In this document: positions 14,301-35,346 of the stretch, piece by piece
Numbering within the stretch: the stretch's first letter is position 1
Layout: each line of letters opens with the position of its first letter
NCBI GenBank assembly: GCA_040954595.2
Contig: CM082578.2
Span: 10,299,166 to 10,363,165 of the forward strand
From: Balanoglossus misakiensis
Lineage: Eukaryota > Animalia > Hemichordata
DNA: 64,000 nucleotides
Direction of reading: 5' to 3'
The notes under the pieces: generated by a model
Database searches by the model: none
The model's input: the letters and a program-made list of their open reading frames with translations, nothing else
What the model was told of the DNA's origin: nothing
Translations under genes and position numbers: made by a program

Positions 14301-17300
14301 TATCAAAATTTCTTCATTTTTTTGAAAAAACCATGGGTTATAGCTCATGAAAATCATCCAAAAATGACAATTTTTCGACTTTGCGAAATATCAAAATTTC
14401 TTCATTTTTTTGAAAAAACCATGGGTTATAGCTCATGAAAATCATCCAAAAATGACAATTTTTCGACTTTGCGAAATATCAAAATTTCTTCATTTTTTTG
14501 AAAAAACCATGGGTTATAGCTCATGAAAATCATCCAAAAATGACAATTTTTCGACTTTGCGAAATATCAAAATTTCTTCATTTTTTTGAAAAAACCATGG
14601 GTTATAGCTCATGAAAATCATCCAAAAATGACAATTTTTCGACTTTGCGAAATATCAAAATTTCTTCATTTTTTTGAAAAAACCATGGGTTATAGCTCAT
14701 GAAAATCATCCAAAAATGACAATTTTTCGACTTTGCGAAATATCAAAATTTCTTCATTTTTTTGAAAAAACCATGGGTTATAGCTCATGAAAATCATCCA
14801 AAAATGACAATTTTTCGACTTTGCGAAATATCAAAATTTCTTCATTTTTTGAAAAAACCATGGGTTATAGCTCATGAAAATCATCCAAAAATGACAATTT
14901 TTCGACTTTGCGAAATATCAAAATTTCTTCATTTTTTTGAAAAAACCATGGGTTATAGCTCATGAAAATCATCCAAAAATGACAATTTTTCGACTTTGAG
15001 AAATATCAAAATTTCTTCATTTTTTTGAAAAAACCATGGGTTATAGCTCATGAAAATCATCCAAAAATGACAATTTTTCAACTTTGCGAAATATCGAAAT
15101 TTCTTCATTTTTTGAAAAAACCATGGGTTATAGCTCATGAAAATCATCCAAAAATGACAATTTTTCGACTTTGCGAAATATCGACATTTCTTCATTTTTT
15201 GAAAAAACCATGGGTTATAGCTCATGAAAATCATCCAAAAATGACAATTTTTCGACTTTGCGAAATATCAAAATTTCTTCATTTTTTTGAAAAAACCATG
15301 GGTTATAGCTCATGAAAATCATCCAAAAATGACAATTTTTCGACTTGGCGAAATATCAAAATTTCTTCATTTTTTTGAAAAAACCATGGGTTATAGCTCA
15401 TGAAAATCATCCAAAAATGACAATTTTTCGACTTGGCGAAATATCAAAATTTCTTCATTTTTTTGAAAAAACCATGGGTTATAGCTCATGAAAATCATCC
15501 AAAAATGACAATTTTTCGACTTTGCGAAATATCAAAATTTCTTCATTTTTATGAAAAAACCATGGGTTATAGCTCATGAAAATCATCCAAAAATGACAAT
15601 TTTTCGACTTTGCGAAATATCAAAATTTCTTCATTTTTTTGAAAAAACCATGGGTTATAGCTCATGAAAATCATCCAAAAATGACAATTTTTCGACTTTG
15701 CGAAATATCAAAATTTCTTCATTTTTTTGAAAAAACCATGGGTTATAGCTCATGAAAATCATCCAAAAATGACAATTTTTCGACTTTGCGAAATATCAAA
15801 ATTTCTTCATTTTTTTGAAAAAACCATGGGGTTATAGCTCATGAAAATCATCCAAAAATGACAATTTTTCGACTTTGCGAAATATCAAAATTTCTTCATT
15901 TTTTGAAAAAACCATGGGTTATAGCTCATGAAAATCATCCATAAATGACAATTTTTCGACTTTGCGAAATATCAAAATTTCTTCATTTTTTTGAAAAAAC
16001 CATGGGTTATAGCTCATGAAAATCATCCAAAAATGACAATTTTTCGACTTTGCGAAATATCAAAATTTCTTCATTTTTATGAAAAAACCATGGGTTATAG
16101 CTCATGAAAATCATCCAAAAATGACAATTTTTCGACTTTGCGAAATATCAAAATTTCTTCATTTTTTTGAAAAAACCATGGGTTATAGCTCATGAAAATC
16201 ATCCAAAAATGACAATTTTTCGACTTTGCGAAATATCAAAATTTCTTCATTTTTTTGAAAAAACCATGGGTTATAGCTCATGAAAATCATCCAAAAATGA
16301 CAATTTTTCGACTTTGCGAAATATCAAAATTTCTTCATTTTTTTGAAAAAACCATGGGTTATAGCTCATGAAAATCATCCAAAAATGACAATTTTTCGAC
16401 TTTGCGAAATATCAAAATTTCTTCATTTTTTTGAAAAAACCATGGGTTATAGCTCATGAAAATCATCCAAAAATGACAATTTTTCGACTTTGCGAAATAT
16501 CAAAATTTCTTCATTTTTTTGAAAAAACCATGGGTTATAGCTCATGAAAATCATCCAAAAATGACAATTTTTCGACTTTGCGAAATATCAAAATTTCTTC
16601 ATTTTTTTGAAAAAACCATGGGTTATAGCTCATGAAAATCATCCAAAAATGACAATTTTTCGACTTTGCGAAATATCAAAATTTCTTCATTTTTTTGAAA
16701 AAACCATGGGTTATAGCTCATGAAAATCATCCAAAAATGACAATTTTTCGACTTTGCGAAATATCAAAATTTCTTCATTTTTTTGAAAAAACCATGGGTT
16801 ATAGCTCATGAAAATCATCCAAAAATGACAATTTTTCGACTTTGCGAAATATCAAAATTTCTTCATTTTTTTGAAAAAACCATGGGTTATAGCTCATGAA
16901 AATCATCCAAAAATGACAATTTTTCGACTTTGCGAAATATCAAAATTTCTTCATTTTTTTGAAAAAACCATGGGTTATAGCTCATGAAAATCATCCAAAA
17001 ATGACAATTTTTCGACTTTGCGAAATATCAAAATTTCTTCATTTTTTTGAAAAAACCATGGGTTATAGCTCATGAAAATCATCCAAAAATGACAATTTTT
17101 CGACTTTGCGAAATATCAAAATTTCTTCATTTTTTTGAAAAAACCATGGGTTATAGCTCATGAAAATCATCCAAAAATGACAATTTTTCGACTTTGCGAA
17201 ATATCAAAATTTCTTCATTTTTTTGAAAAAACCATGGGTTATAGCTCATGAAAATCATCCAAAAATGACAATTTTTCGACTTTGCGAAATATCAAAATTT

Positions 17301-20300
17301 CTTCATTTTTTTGAAAAAACCATGGGTTATAGCTCATGAAAATCATCCAAAAATGACAATTTTTCGACTTTGCGAAATATCAAAATTTCTTCATTTTTTT
17401 GTAAAAACCATGGGTTATAGCTCATGAAAATCATCCAAAAATGACAATTTTTCGACTTTGCGAAATATCAAAATTTCTTCATTTTTTTGAAAAAACCATG
17501 GGTTATAGCTCATGAAAATCATCCAAAAATGACAATTTTTCGACTTTGCGAAATATCGAAATTTCTTCATTTTTTTGAAAAAACCATGGGTTATAGCTCA
17601 TGAAAATCATCCAAAAATGACAATTTTTCGACTTTGCGAAATATCGACATTTCTTCATTTTTTGAAAAAACCATGGGTTATAGCTCATGAAAATCATCCA
17701 AAAATGACAATTTTTCGACTTTGCGAAATATCAAAATTTCTTCATTTTTTTGAAAAAACCATGGGTTATAGCTCATGAAAATCATCCAAAAATGACAATT
17801 TTTCGACTTGGCGAAATATCGACATTTCTTCATTTTTTGAAAAAACCATGGGTTATAGCTCATGAAAATCATCCAAAAATGACAATTTTTCGACTTTGCG
17901 AAATATCAAAATTTCTTCATTTTTTTGAAAAAACCATGGGTTATAGCTCATGAAAATCATCCAAAAATGACAATTTTTCGACTTTGCGAAATATCAAAAT
18001 TTCTTCATTTTTTTGAAAAAACCATGGGTTATAGCTCATGAAAATCATCCAAAAATGACAATTTTTCGACTTTGCGAAATATCAAAATTTCTTCATTTTT
18101 TTGAAAAAACCATGGGTTATAGCTCATGAAAATCATCCAAAAATGACAATTTTTCGACTTGGCGAAATATCAAAATTTCTTCATTTTTTTGAAAAAACCA
18201 TGGGTTATAGCTCATGAAAATCATCCAAAAATGACAATTTTTCGACTTGGCGAAATATCAAAATTTCTTCATTTTTTTGAAAAAACCATGGGTTATAGCT
18301 CATGAAAATCATCCAAAAATGACAATTTTTCGACTTTGCGAAATATCAAAATTTCTTCATTTTTTTGAAAAAACCATGGGTTATAGCTCATGAAAATCAT
18401 CCAAAAATGACAATTTTTCGACTTGGCGAAATATCAAAATTTCTTCATTTTTTTGAAAAAACCATGGGTTATAGCTCATGAAAATCATCCAAAAATGACA
18501 ATTTTTCGACTTGGCGAAATATCAAAATTTCTTCATTTTTTTGAAAAAACCATGGGTTATAGCTCATGAAAATCATCCAAAAATGACAATTTTTCGACTT
18601 GGCGAAATATCAAAATTTCTTCATTTTTTTGAAAAAACCATGGGTTATAGCTCATGAAAATCATCCAAAAATGACAATTTTTCGACTTTGCGAAATATCA
18701 AAATTTCTTCATTTTTTTGAAAAAACCATGGGTTATAGCTCATGAAAATCATCCAAAAATGACAATTTTTCGACTTTGCGAAATATCAAAATTTCTTCAT
18801 TTTTTTGAAAAAACCATGGGGTTATAGCTCATGAAAATCATCCAAAAATGACAATTTTTCGACTTTGCGAAATATCAAAATTTCTTCATTTTTTGAAAAA
18901 ACCATGGGTTATAGCTCATGAAAATCATCCATAAATGACAATTTTTCGACTTTGCGAAATATCAAAATTTCTTCATTTTTTTGAAAAAACCATGGGTTAT
19001 AGCTCATGAAAATCATCCAAAAATGACAATTTTTCGACTTTGCGAAATATCAAAATTTCTTCATTTTTATGAAAAAACCATGGGTTATAGCTCATGAAAA
19101 TCATCCAAAAATGACAATTTTTCGACTTTGCGAAATATCAAAATTTCTTCATTTTTTTTAAAAAACCATGGGTTATAGCTCATGAAAATCATCCAAAAAT
19201 GACAATTTTTCGACTTTGCGAAATATCAAAATTTCTTCATTTTTTTGAAAAAACCATGGGTTATAGCTCATGAAAATCATCCAAAAATGACAATTTTTCG
19301 ACTTTGCGAAATATCAAAATTTCTTCATTTTTTTGAAAAAACCATGGGTTATAGCTCATGAAAATCATCCAAAAATGACAATTTTTCGACTTTGCGAAAT
19401 ATCAAAATTTCTTCATTTTTTTGAAAAAACCATGGGTTATAGCTCATGAAAATCATCCAAAAATGACAATTTTTCGACTTTGCGAAATATCAAAATTTCT
19501 TCATTTTTTTGAAAAAACCATGGGTTATAGCTCATGAAAATCATCCAAAAATGACAATTTTTCGACTTTGCGAAATATCAAAATTTCTTCATTTTTTTGA
19601 AAAAACCATGGGTTATAGCTCATGAAAATCATCCAAAAATGACAATTTTTCGACTTTGCGAAATATCAAAATTTCTTCATTTTTTTGAAAAAACCATGGG
19701 TTATAGCTCATGAAAATCATCCAAAAATGACAATTTTTCGACTTTGCGAAATATCAAAATTTCTTCATTTTTTTGAAAAAACCATGGGTTATAGCTCATG
19801 AAAATCATCCAAAAATGACAATTTTTCGACTTTGCGAAATATCAAAATTTCTTCATTTTTTTGAAAAAACCATGGGTTATAGCTCATGAAAATCATCCAA
19901 AAATGACAATTTTTCGACTTTGCGAAATATCAAAATTTCTTCATTTTTTTGAAAAAACCATGGGTTATAGCTCATGAAAATCATCCAAAAATGACAATTT
20001 TTCGACTTTGCGAAATATCAAAATTTCTTCATTTTTTTGAAAAAACCATGGGTTATAGCTCATGAAAATCATCCAAAAATGACAATTTTTCGACTTTGCG
20101 AAATATCAAAATTTCTTCATTTTTTTGAAAAAACCATGGGTTATAGCTCATGAAAATCATCCAAAAATGACAATTTTTCGACTTTGCGAAATATCAAAAT
20201 TTCTTCATTTTTTTGAAAAAACCATGGGTTATAGCTCATGAAAATCATCCAAAAATGACAATTTTTCGACTTTGCGAAATATCAAAATTTCTTCATTTTT

Positions 20301-23300
20301 TTGAAAAAACCATGGGTTATAGCTCATGAAAATCATCCAAAAATGACAATTTTTCGACTTTGCGAAATATCAAAATTTCTTCATTTTTTTGAAAAAACCA
20401 TGGGTTATAGCTCATGAAAATCATCCAAAAATGACAATTTTTCGACTTTGCGAAATATCAAAATTTCTTCATTTTTTTGTAAAAACCATGGGTTATAGCT
20501 CATGAAAATCATCCAAAAATGACAATTTTTCGACTTTGCGAAATATCAAAATTTCTTCATTTTTTTGAAAAAACCATGGGTTATAGCTCATGAAAATCAT
20601 CCAAAAATGACAATTTTTCGACTTTGCGAAATATCGAAATTTCTTCATTTTTTTGAAAAAACCATGGGTTATAGCTCATGAAAATCATCCAAAAATGACA
20701 ATTTTTCGACTTTGCGAAATATCGACATTTCTTCATTTTTTGAAAAAACCATGGGTTATAGCTCATGAAAATCATCCAAAAATGACAATTTTTCGACTTT
20801 GCGAAATATCAAAATTTCTTCATTTTTTTGAAAAAACCATGGGTTATAGCTCATGAAAATCATCCAAAAATGACAATTTTTCGACTTGGCGAAATATCGA
20901 CATTTCTTCATTTTTTGAAAAAACCATGGGTTATAGCTCATGAAAATCATCCAAAAATGACAATTTTTCGACTTTGCGAAATATCAAAATTTCTTCATTT
21001 TTTTGAAAAAACCATGGGTTATAGCTCATGAAAATCATCCAAAAATGACAATTTTTCGACTTTGCGAAATATCAAAATTTCTTCATTTTTTTGAAAAAAC
21101 CATGGGTTATAGCTCATGAAAATCATCCAAAAATGACAATTTTTCGACTTTGCGAAATATCAAAATTTCTTCATTTTTTTGAAAAAACCATGGGTTATAG
21201 CTCATGAAAATCATCCAAAAATGACAATTTTTCGACTTTGCGAAATATCAAAATTTCTTCATTTTTTTGAAAAAACCATGGGTTATAGCTCATGAAAATC
21301 ATCCAAAAATGACAATTTTTCGACTTTGCGAAATATCAAAATTTCTTCATTTTTTTGAAAAAACCATGGGTTATAGCTCATGAAAATCATCCAAAAATGA
21401 CAATTTTTCGACTTTGCGAAATATCAAAATTTCTTCATTTTTTTGAAAAAACCATGGGTTATAGCTCATGAAAATTATCCAAAAATGACAATTTTTCGAC
21501 TTTGCGAAATATCAAAATTTCTTCATTTTTTTGAAAAAACCATGGGTTATAGCTCATGAAAATCATCCAAAAATGACAATTTTTCGACTTTGCGAAATAT
21601 CAAAATTTCTTCATTTTTTTGAAAAAACCATGGGTTATAGCTCATGAAAATCATCCAAAAATGACAATTTTTCGACTTTGCGAAATATCAAAATTTCTTC
21701 ATTTTTTTGTAAAAACCATGGGTTATAGCTCATGAAAATCATCCAAAAATGACAATTTTTCGACTTTGCGAAATATCAAAATTTCTTCATTTTTTTGAAA
21801 AAACCATGGGTTATAGCTCATGAAAATCATCCAAAAATGACAATTTTTCGACTTTGCGAAATATCGAAATTTCTTCATTTTTTTGAAAAAACCATGGGTT
21901 ATAGCTCATGAAAATCATCCAAAAATGACAATTTTTCGACTTTGCGAAATATCGACATTTCTTCATTTTTTGAAAAAACCATGGGTTATAGCTCATGAAA
22001 ATCATCCAAAAATGACAATTTTTCGACTTTGCGAAATATCAAAATTTCTTCATTTTTTTGAAAAAACCATGGGTTATAGCTCATGAAAATCATCCAAAAA
22101 TGACAATTTTTCGACTTGGCGAAATATCAAAATTTCTTCATTTTTTTGAAAAAACCATGGGTTATAGCTCATGAAAATCATCCAAAAATGACAATTTTTC
22201 GACTTTGCGAAATATCAAAATTTCTTCATTTTTTGAAAAAACCATGGGTTATAGCTCATGAAAATCATCCAAAAATGACAATTTTTCGACTTTGCGAAAT
22301 ATCAAAATTTCTTCATTTTTTTGAAAAAACCATGGGTTATAGCTCATGAAAATCATCCAAAAATGACAATTTTTCGACTTTGCGAAATATCAAAATTTCT
22401 TCATTTTTTTGAAAAAACCATGGGTTATAGCTCATGAAAATCATCCAAAAATGACAATTTTTCGACTTTGCGAAATATCAAAATTTCTTCATTTTTTTGA
22501 AAAAACCATGGGTTATAGCTCATGAAAATCATCCAAAAATGACAATTTTTCGACTTTGCGAAATATCAAAATTTCTTCATTTTTTTGAAAAAACCATGGG
22601 TTATAGCTCATGAAAATCATCCAAAAATGACAATTTTTCGACTTTGCGAAATATCAAAATTTCTTCATTTTTTTGAAAAAACCATGGGTTATAGCTCATG
22701 AAAATCATCCAAAAATGACAATTTTTCGACTTTGCGAAATATCAAAATTTCTTCATTTTTTTGAAAAAACCATGGGTTATAGCTCATGAAAATCATCCAA
22801 AAATGACAATTTTTCGACTTTGCGAAATATCAAAATTTCTTCATTTTTTTGAAAAAACCATGGGTTATAGCTCATGAAAATCATCCAAAAATGACAATTT
22901 TTCGACTTTGCGAAATATCAAAATTTCTTCATTTTTTTGAAAAAACCATGGGTTATAGCTCATGAAAATCATCCAAAAATGACAATTTTTCGACTTTGCG
23001 AAATATCAAAATTTCTTCATTTTTTTGTAAAAACCATGGGTTATAGCTCATGAAAATCATCCAAAAATGACAATTTTTCGACTTTGCGAAATATCAAAAT
23101 TTCTTCATTTTTTTGAAAAAACCATGGGTTATAGCTCATGAAAATCATCCAAAAATGACAATTTTTCGACTTTGCGAAATATCAAAATTTCTTCATTTTT
23201 TTGAAAAAACCATGGGTTATAGCTCATGAAAATCATCCAAAAATGACAATTTTTCGACTTTGCGAAATATCAAAATTTCTTCATTTTTTTGAAAAAACCA

Positions 23301-24443
23301 TGGGTTATAGCTCATGAAAATCATCCAAAAATGACAATTTTTCGACTTTGCGAAATATCAAAATTTCTTCATTTTTTTGTAAAAACCATGGGTTATAGCT
23401 CATGAAAATCATCCAAAAATGACAATTTTTCGACTTTGCGAAATATCAAAATTTCTTCATTTTTTTGAAAAAACCATGGGTTATAGCTCATGAAAATCAT
23501 CCAAAAATGACAATTTTTCGACTTTGCGAAATATCAAAATTTCTTCATTTTTTTGAAAAAACCATGGGTTATAGCTCATGAAAATCATCCAAAAATGACA
23601 ATTTTTCGACTTTGCGAAATATCAAAATTTCTTCATTTTTTTGAAAAAACCATGGGTTATAGCTCATGAAAATCATCCAAAAATGACAATTTTTCGACTT
23701 TGCGAAATATCAAAATTTCTTCATTTTTTTGAAAAAACCATGGGTTATAGCTCATGAAAATCATCCAAAAATGACAATTTTTCGACTTTGCGAAATATCA
23801 AAATTTCTTCATTTTTTTGAAAAAACCATGGGTTATAGCTCATGAAAATCATCCAAAAATGACAATTTTTCGACTTTGCGAAATATCAAAATTTCTTCAT
23901 TTTTTTGAAAAAACCATGGGTTATAGCTCATTAAAATCATCCAAAAATGACAATTTTTCGACTTTGCGAAATATCAAAATTTCTTCATTTTTTTGAAAAA
24001 ACCATGGGTTATAGCTCATGAAAATCATCCAAAAATGACAATTTTTCGACTTTGCGAAATATCAAAATTTCTTCATTTTTTTGAAAAAACCATGGGTTAT
24101 AGCTCATGAAAATCATCCAAAAATGACAATTTTTCGACTTCGCGAAATATCAAAATTTCTTCATTTTTTTGAAAAAACCATGGGTTATAGCTCATGAAAA
24201 TCATCCAAAAATGACAATTTTTCGACTTTGCGAAATATCAAAATTTCTTCATTTTTTTGAAAAAAACATGGGTTATAGCTCATGAAAATCATCCAAAAAT
24301 GACAATTTTTCGACTTTGTGAAAATTCAAAATTCCTTCATTTTTTGAAAAAAAAAATCATGGGTTATAGCTCATGAAAATCATCAAAAATGACAATTTTT
24401 CGACTTTGCGAAGTTTCAAAATTTCTTCATGTAAAAAAAACTC
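5356..24443 (+). repeat. 88-bp AT-rich tandem satellite array, about 217 copies
   Basis: Consensus ccatgggttatagctcatgaaaatcatccaaaaatgacaatttttcgactttgcgaaatatcaaaatttcttcatttttttgaaaaaa (88 nt). Period checked at ccatggg 5891 and 5979. Copy number estimated as length/88. Confidence 0.99.
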
Positions 24444-24723
<280 letters not shown>

Positions 24724-25015
24724 GTGTGCAAGGGGAGCAGAATTTTGTATTTTAAGTGACTTTTTGAATGTATTTTAGATATTTCAATTTTGACGGTCCC
24801 GAAAGAGATAAACTCGTTTTAGATTTTTACCAGCACACATCCATTAATTAAAGTCAAATGAATACAAGAATAGTCACTGAGATTATGAAATTCGATTCCA
24901 GTATCAACAATCACAACTGAAGACTGTCGATTGTTATTGGTGGAAACTGATGTATTAAGAAGCTGTCGACTTTTGGTACGTAATTGTTCAAACTCTAACA
25001 TGGTTTTCAATTTAG

Positions 25016-26562
25016 TTATAGGCGTCTTGACACCCTAAGAACGGCTTGTGATTACAATCACAATGACTGCGTTGAGAACGCGACTAGTCAATATGCTGCA
25101 TGGATGGCCGACCCAGATAATCTAAGGTAAAGTAAATATGCAGCGCCATGACAATGTACGCACCATAAAAGACGTCTTTCATCCATTTCAGTATAAATTG
25201 ATTCAAGTTGCCTTTCGCGATTATTTTGATTTTACACCGAGGGCGCGACCCTGAATCTGAATCGTCACTGACTTTCATGACGATATTCTTAAACTTTCGT
25301 GTTCACCGTATTCTGTAGAATTGAAGAGAACATGCGCAGTACCGTCTACTGCACAGCCATCCGTCACGGTGGCGACGCGGAGTGGGAATTTGCATATGGA
25401 CGACAAAAAGTGGACGAGAACGAACGATCGCGCCTGCAGTCGGCTCTAGCTTGCAGCAGAACACCTTGGACCCTGCAAAGGTTTGTGAGTCCATGGAGGG
25501 AAATGTTTTGAATTGAAAAGAAAATGCTAGAAATAGGCAAAAGTAGATGGAAAGAGTTTGTCTTTTACTGATCCTATATAGAAACGGTTTTGCTGCCAGT
25601 AGGAACATGTTTCAGATTATACGGCCGAGGGTAAGGTTAGTAAATAAATAAATAAATAATGCGATATGCCTTCCTGCTTGACTATTTTTTGCAACAGATA
25701 TATGGAAGATGCTTTGGAAGGTGACGAATTCAGCGCATCGACAACCATAGGCTACGTCAGAGACAACTCAGGGCTGGGCTTTGATTTGGCTTGGGATTTC
25801 ACCGTGGTCAATTTTGACAGCTTACACGAAGAGTATGTACGAATTAAACATACCTTGACCTCTGAAGAACTTGACGAATGTACAGTCTCACAAGATGACA
25901 AGGCCTTATGATTTTTTGGTCAACTGAAGTGACCATAAATTTTTGAATATGGTAACACGAATGAACTTGAATGTCATATTGAACATTTTCAGCCTGACTG
26001 TCTTTTTGGCGATATTTAAACGGCCTTTATAAGCGGTAGACTGACCAATAACATTTGCTCTTTCAGGTACGGGGACGACGCATACGATATCGTGTATACA
26101 TTTGCCACCAAAATGAACAATGCACGGGATTTACAACAGGTGGGTTGCTTCTTTATTAAGGGTGTGGATCGGTCGATAATAAAGTTAACAGACTCATAAA
26201 TATTTGGTAACATTACCTGTGGGTATAGAAATGTTCTCCATTCTTCACTTATTTATAATCTCTACATATTCACGTGTGCACCGATTTTCATTTTTATATT
26301 CCCTGAAGACAATATCTGATTACAGTAGTGGTCACACTGGGCTAATTGAGAATCGAACTAGCTCGCTTAAACATCTTGTTCATACTTCTGTTCTTGTCGT
26401 CAGCTGAATAATTTTGGCGCCAAATACTACGACATGCCGGGCGCTGCTGCAAACAATTTTTACATTGCTGTCGACAAAGTGCAAGTCAACATTGACTGGG
26501 TGAAGAGAAATAAGGACGACATCCGGGCATTCTTAGAAGCCATCGTTCATAATATCAGTTAA
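25016..26562 (+). CDS. ANPEP-like: Aminopeptidase N-like M1 peptidase, paralog A, last 5 coding exons (13-17)
   Basis: GT-AG exons 25016-25126, 25319-25480, 25698-25832, 26067-26139, 26404-26562 (TAA). Peptides [38 protein letters not shown] and NIDWVKRN match the C-terminal domain of paralogs B-E with identical intron phases. Exons 1-12 are not in the window. Confidence 0.9.
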
Positions 26563-27512
26563 AAGTTATTAAAGTGTCGTGGAGAGTAAATCAGTACTAT
26601 GGTAACAACCTTGATTGCTTTCAGAAATTGTACACGTTTCGCACTCACGGAGGGTGGTTTAAACGGTCAAACGATCAAAAATGGAGGGCATTCTAATTTT
26701 CGGGTGAAGAATTTGAAAAGACAGTTCATAGCACCGTGCACCACAGAAAGGGAGAAAATAGTTTCTCATTCTCTGTGGCAGCACCGTCTTCCTCTACTGT
26801 GCATTTTTTACACTTCAAACATATCTGTACATAATTTTGTATGAAATAAACAACCCGGCTATACTGTATATTTTGACTCATCTTTCAATACGAATGTTGT
26901 ACGTTGTTGTACGTTAACATTATTGTACTTTCAAATGGCGCAGCGTCCCTGATAAGCTTTTCAACAATGCAAGTTTCAGCTTGACATGCTGAATTGCCAA
27001 CAATACACGGATATGTCAGATCTATGTTTAGCGACGAGTAACGAATGGATCTAAATAAAGACCAGTCTAACGTAAGTAAAATTTCCTGTTTAACGTCCAC
27101 TAAAATGTCTAAGTCGGGAGCTCAGGTAAACACACAAAGTCACTTTTAGTCCCACACATGGCACAGGTGGCCGTACGTGGATGGAGGCACAGTGCTTGCG
27201 AAGAACGTGTTTTGAGAGTACAGCCACGATTTTCTGGGTGTGTGTGTGTGTTTTCCTCGAAGACCTCTATCTAAAAAAACAACTTGACTTGCAGCGACGC
27301 GAAACACAGAATTTGCCTTTGTCGGCCTCATAGGATTGAATAGACGCAACATTTACATAGAATATACACTTATCTTCGCCCCTATACCTCTTCGCAAACA
27401 TTTACAGGCGGTGGTGACTGCGGATATTCACGTATCGAACTTTTAACTCAAAAGCTTTGCGCCTCATTTTGGATCAGTTCCTCTCTCGCGATATTTGGCA
27501 TCGGCTTTCTAA

Positions 27513-34438
<6,926 letters not shown>

Positions 34439-35346
34439 CGTCAAATCGTCGCCGGATTGATATTCTGCATTTTTCGGAGTGTTACAACCAAACCTTCAAA
34501 ACATGTAAATCCACGACGAATGTTTGTCAGTCTGGTGATCGCACAGTTGGACATCGACGAAGTGCATATCTAAGCGTTTCAAATTAAAGATGTCTTTGAC
34601 AACCAATGACTGCATGGCTTCTGATTTAGTGTGACGTCACGGTGTGGACTTAAAATGATAACAGGCGACTGCATTATATCATAATATTATATAGTATAAT
34701 GAGAATAATCCATTATTGCAAGGGGAATGACCCCGAAAGCACTAAGGAACAGGCCTCAGTTCGCTATCTTTGTCTAAACTTCGCTATCTAGTATAAATAA
34801 CAATTCACACGCCACGTTTGCACACGGGCTATAGTATAGGGCTCCAAAATTCGACATTATTATAAAATGCCTGATTTCACGCACTATGTTCGTACTCATT
34901 ACTCAACAATAGTAACTACCCTGGCAGATTTCGCTTTCTTTAATACTGCGCACACTAGTTATAGATTCTATACATGTATCTATCGATCAATTGGCAATCA
35001 ATCATGATACGGTTGTTCAACCCAGGTACTGGTCGCTCTTTGTGTCCTGTGCTCAAGTTCCAGTATAGTCTCGCATGTCACAGTCTATCATAATCTTTGT
35101 GGGTGGTCGACGTCTAGGCAATCATAACAGTAATCGGCTGAGGAGCATATACAGCCATGCTGGACAGGTTTCATAACTGGGCGTGTTTATTTTCCACTCA
35201 CGATACACGAGACAGTTCGGTCATCAATCATATTTCGAGTCAAAGGTCAACACGAACCAATAAACTTCGAAGTTTCCACCTCCCTTGGGAGTCGCTTTTC
35301 TGCGGTATCACCTAAATCGTGGACTGTCTAAATTTACCTCGCAAAA

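Noticed and set aside
5356-24443. CRISPR-like array
   Set aside because: Head-to-tail monomers with no unique spacers, no cas genes, and a eukaryotic context.
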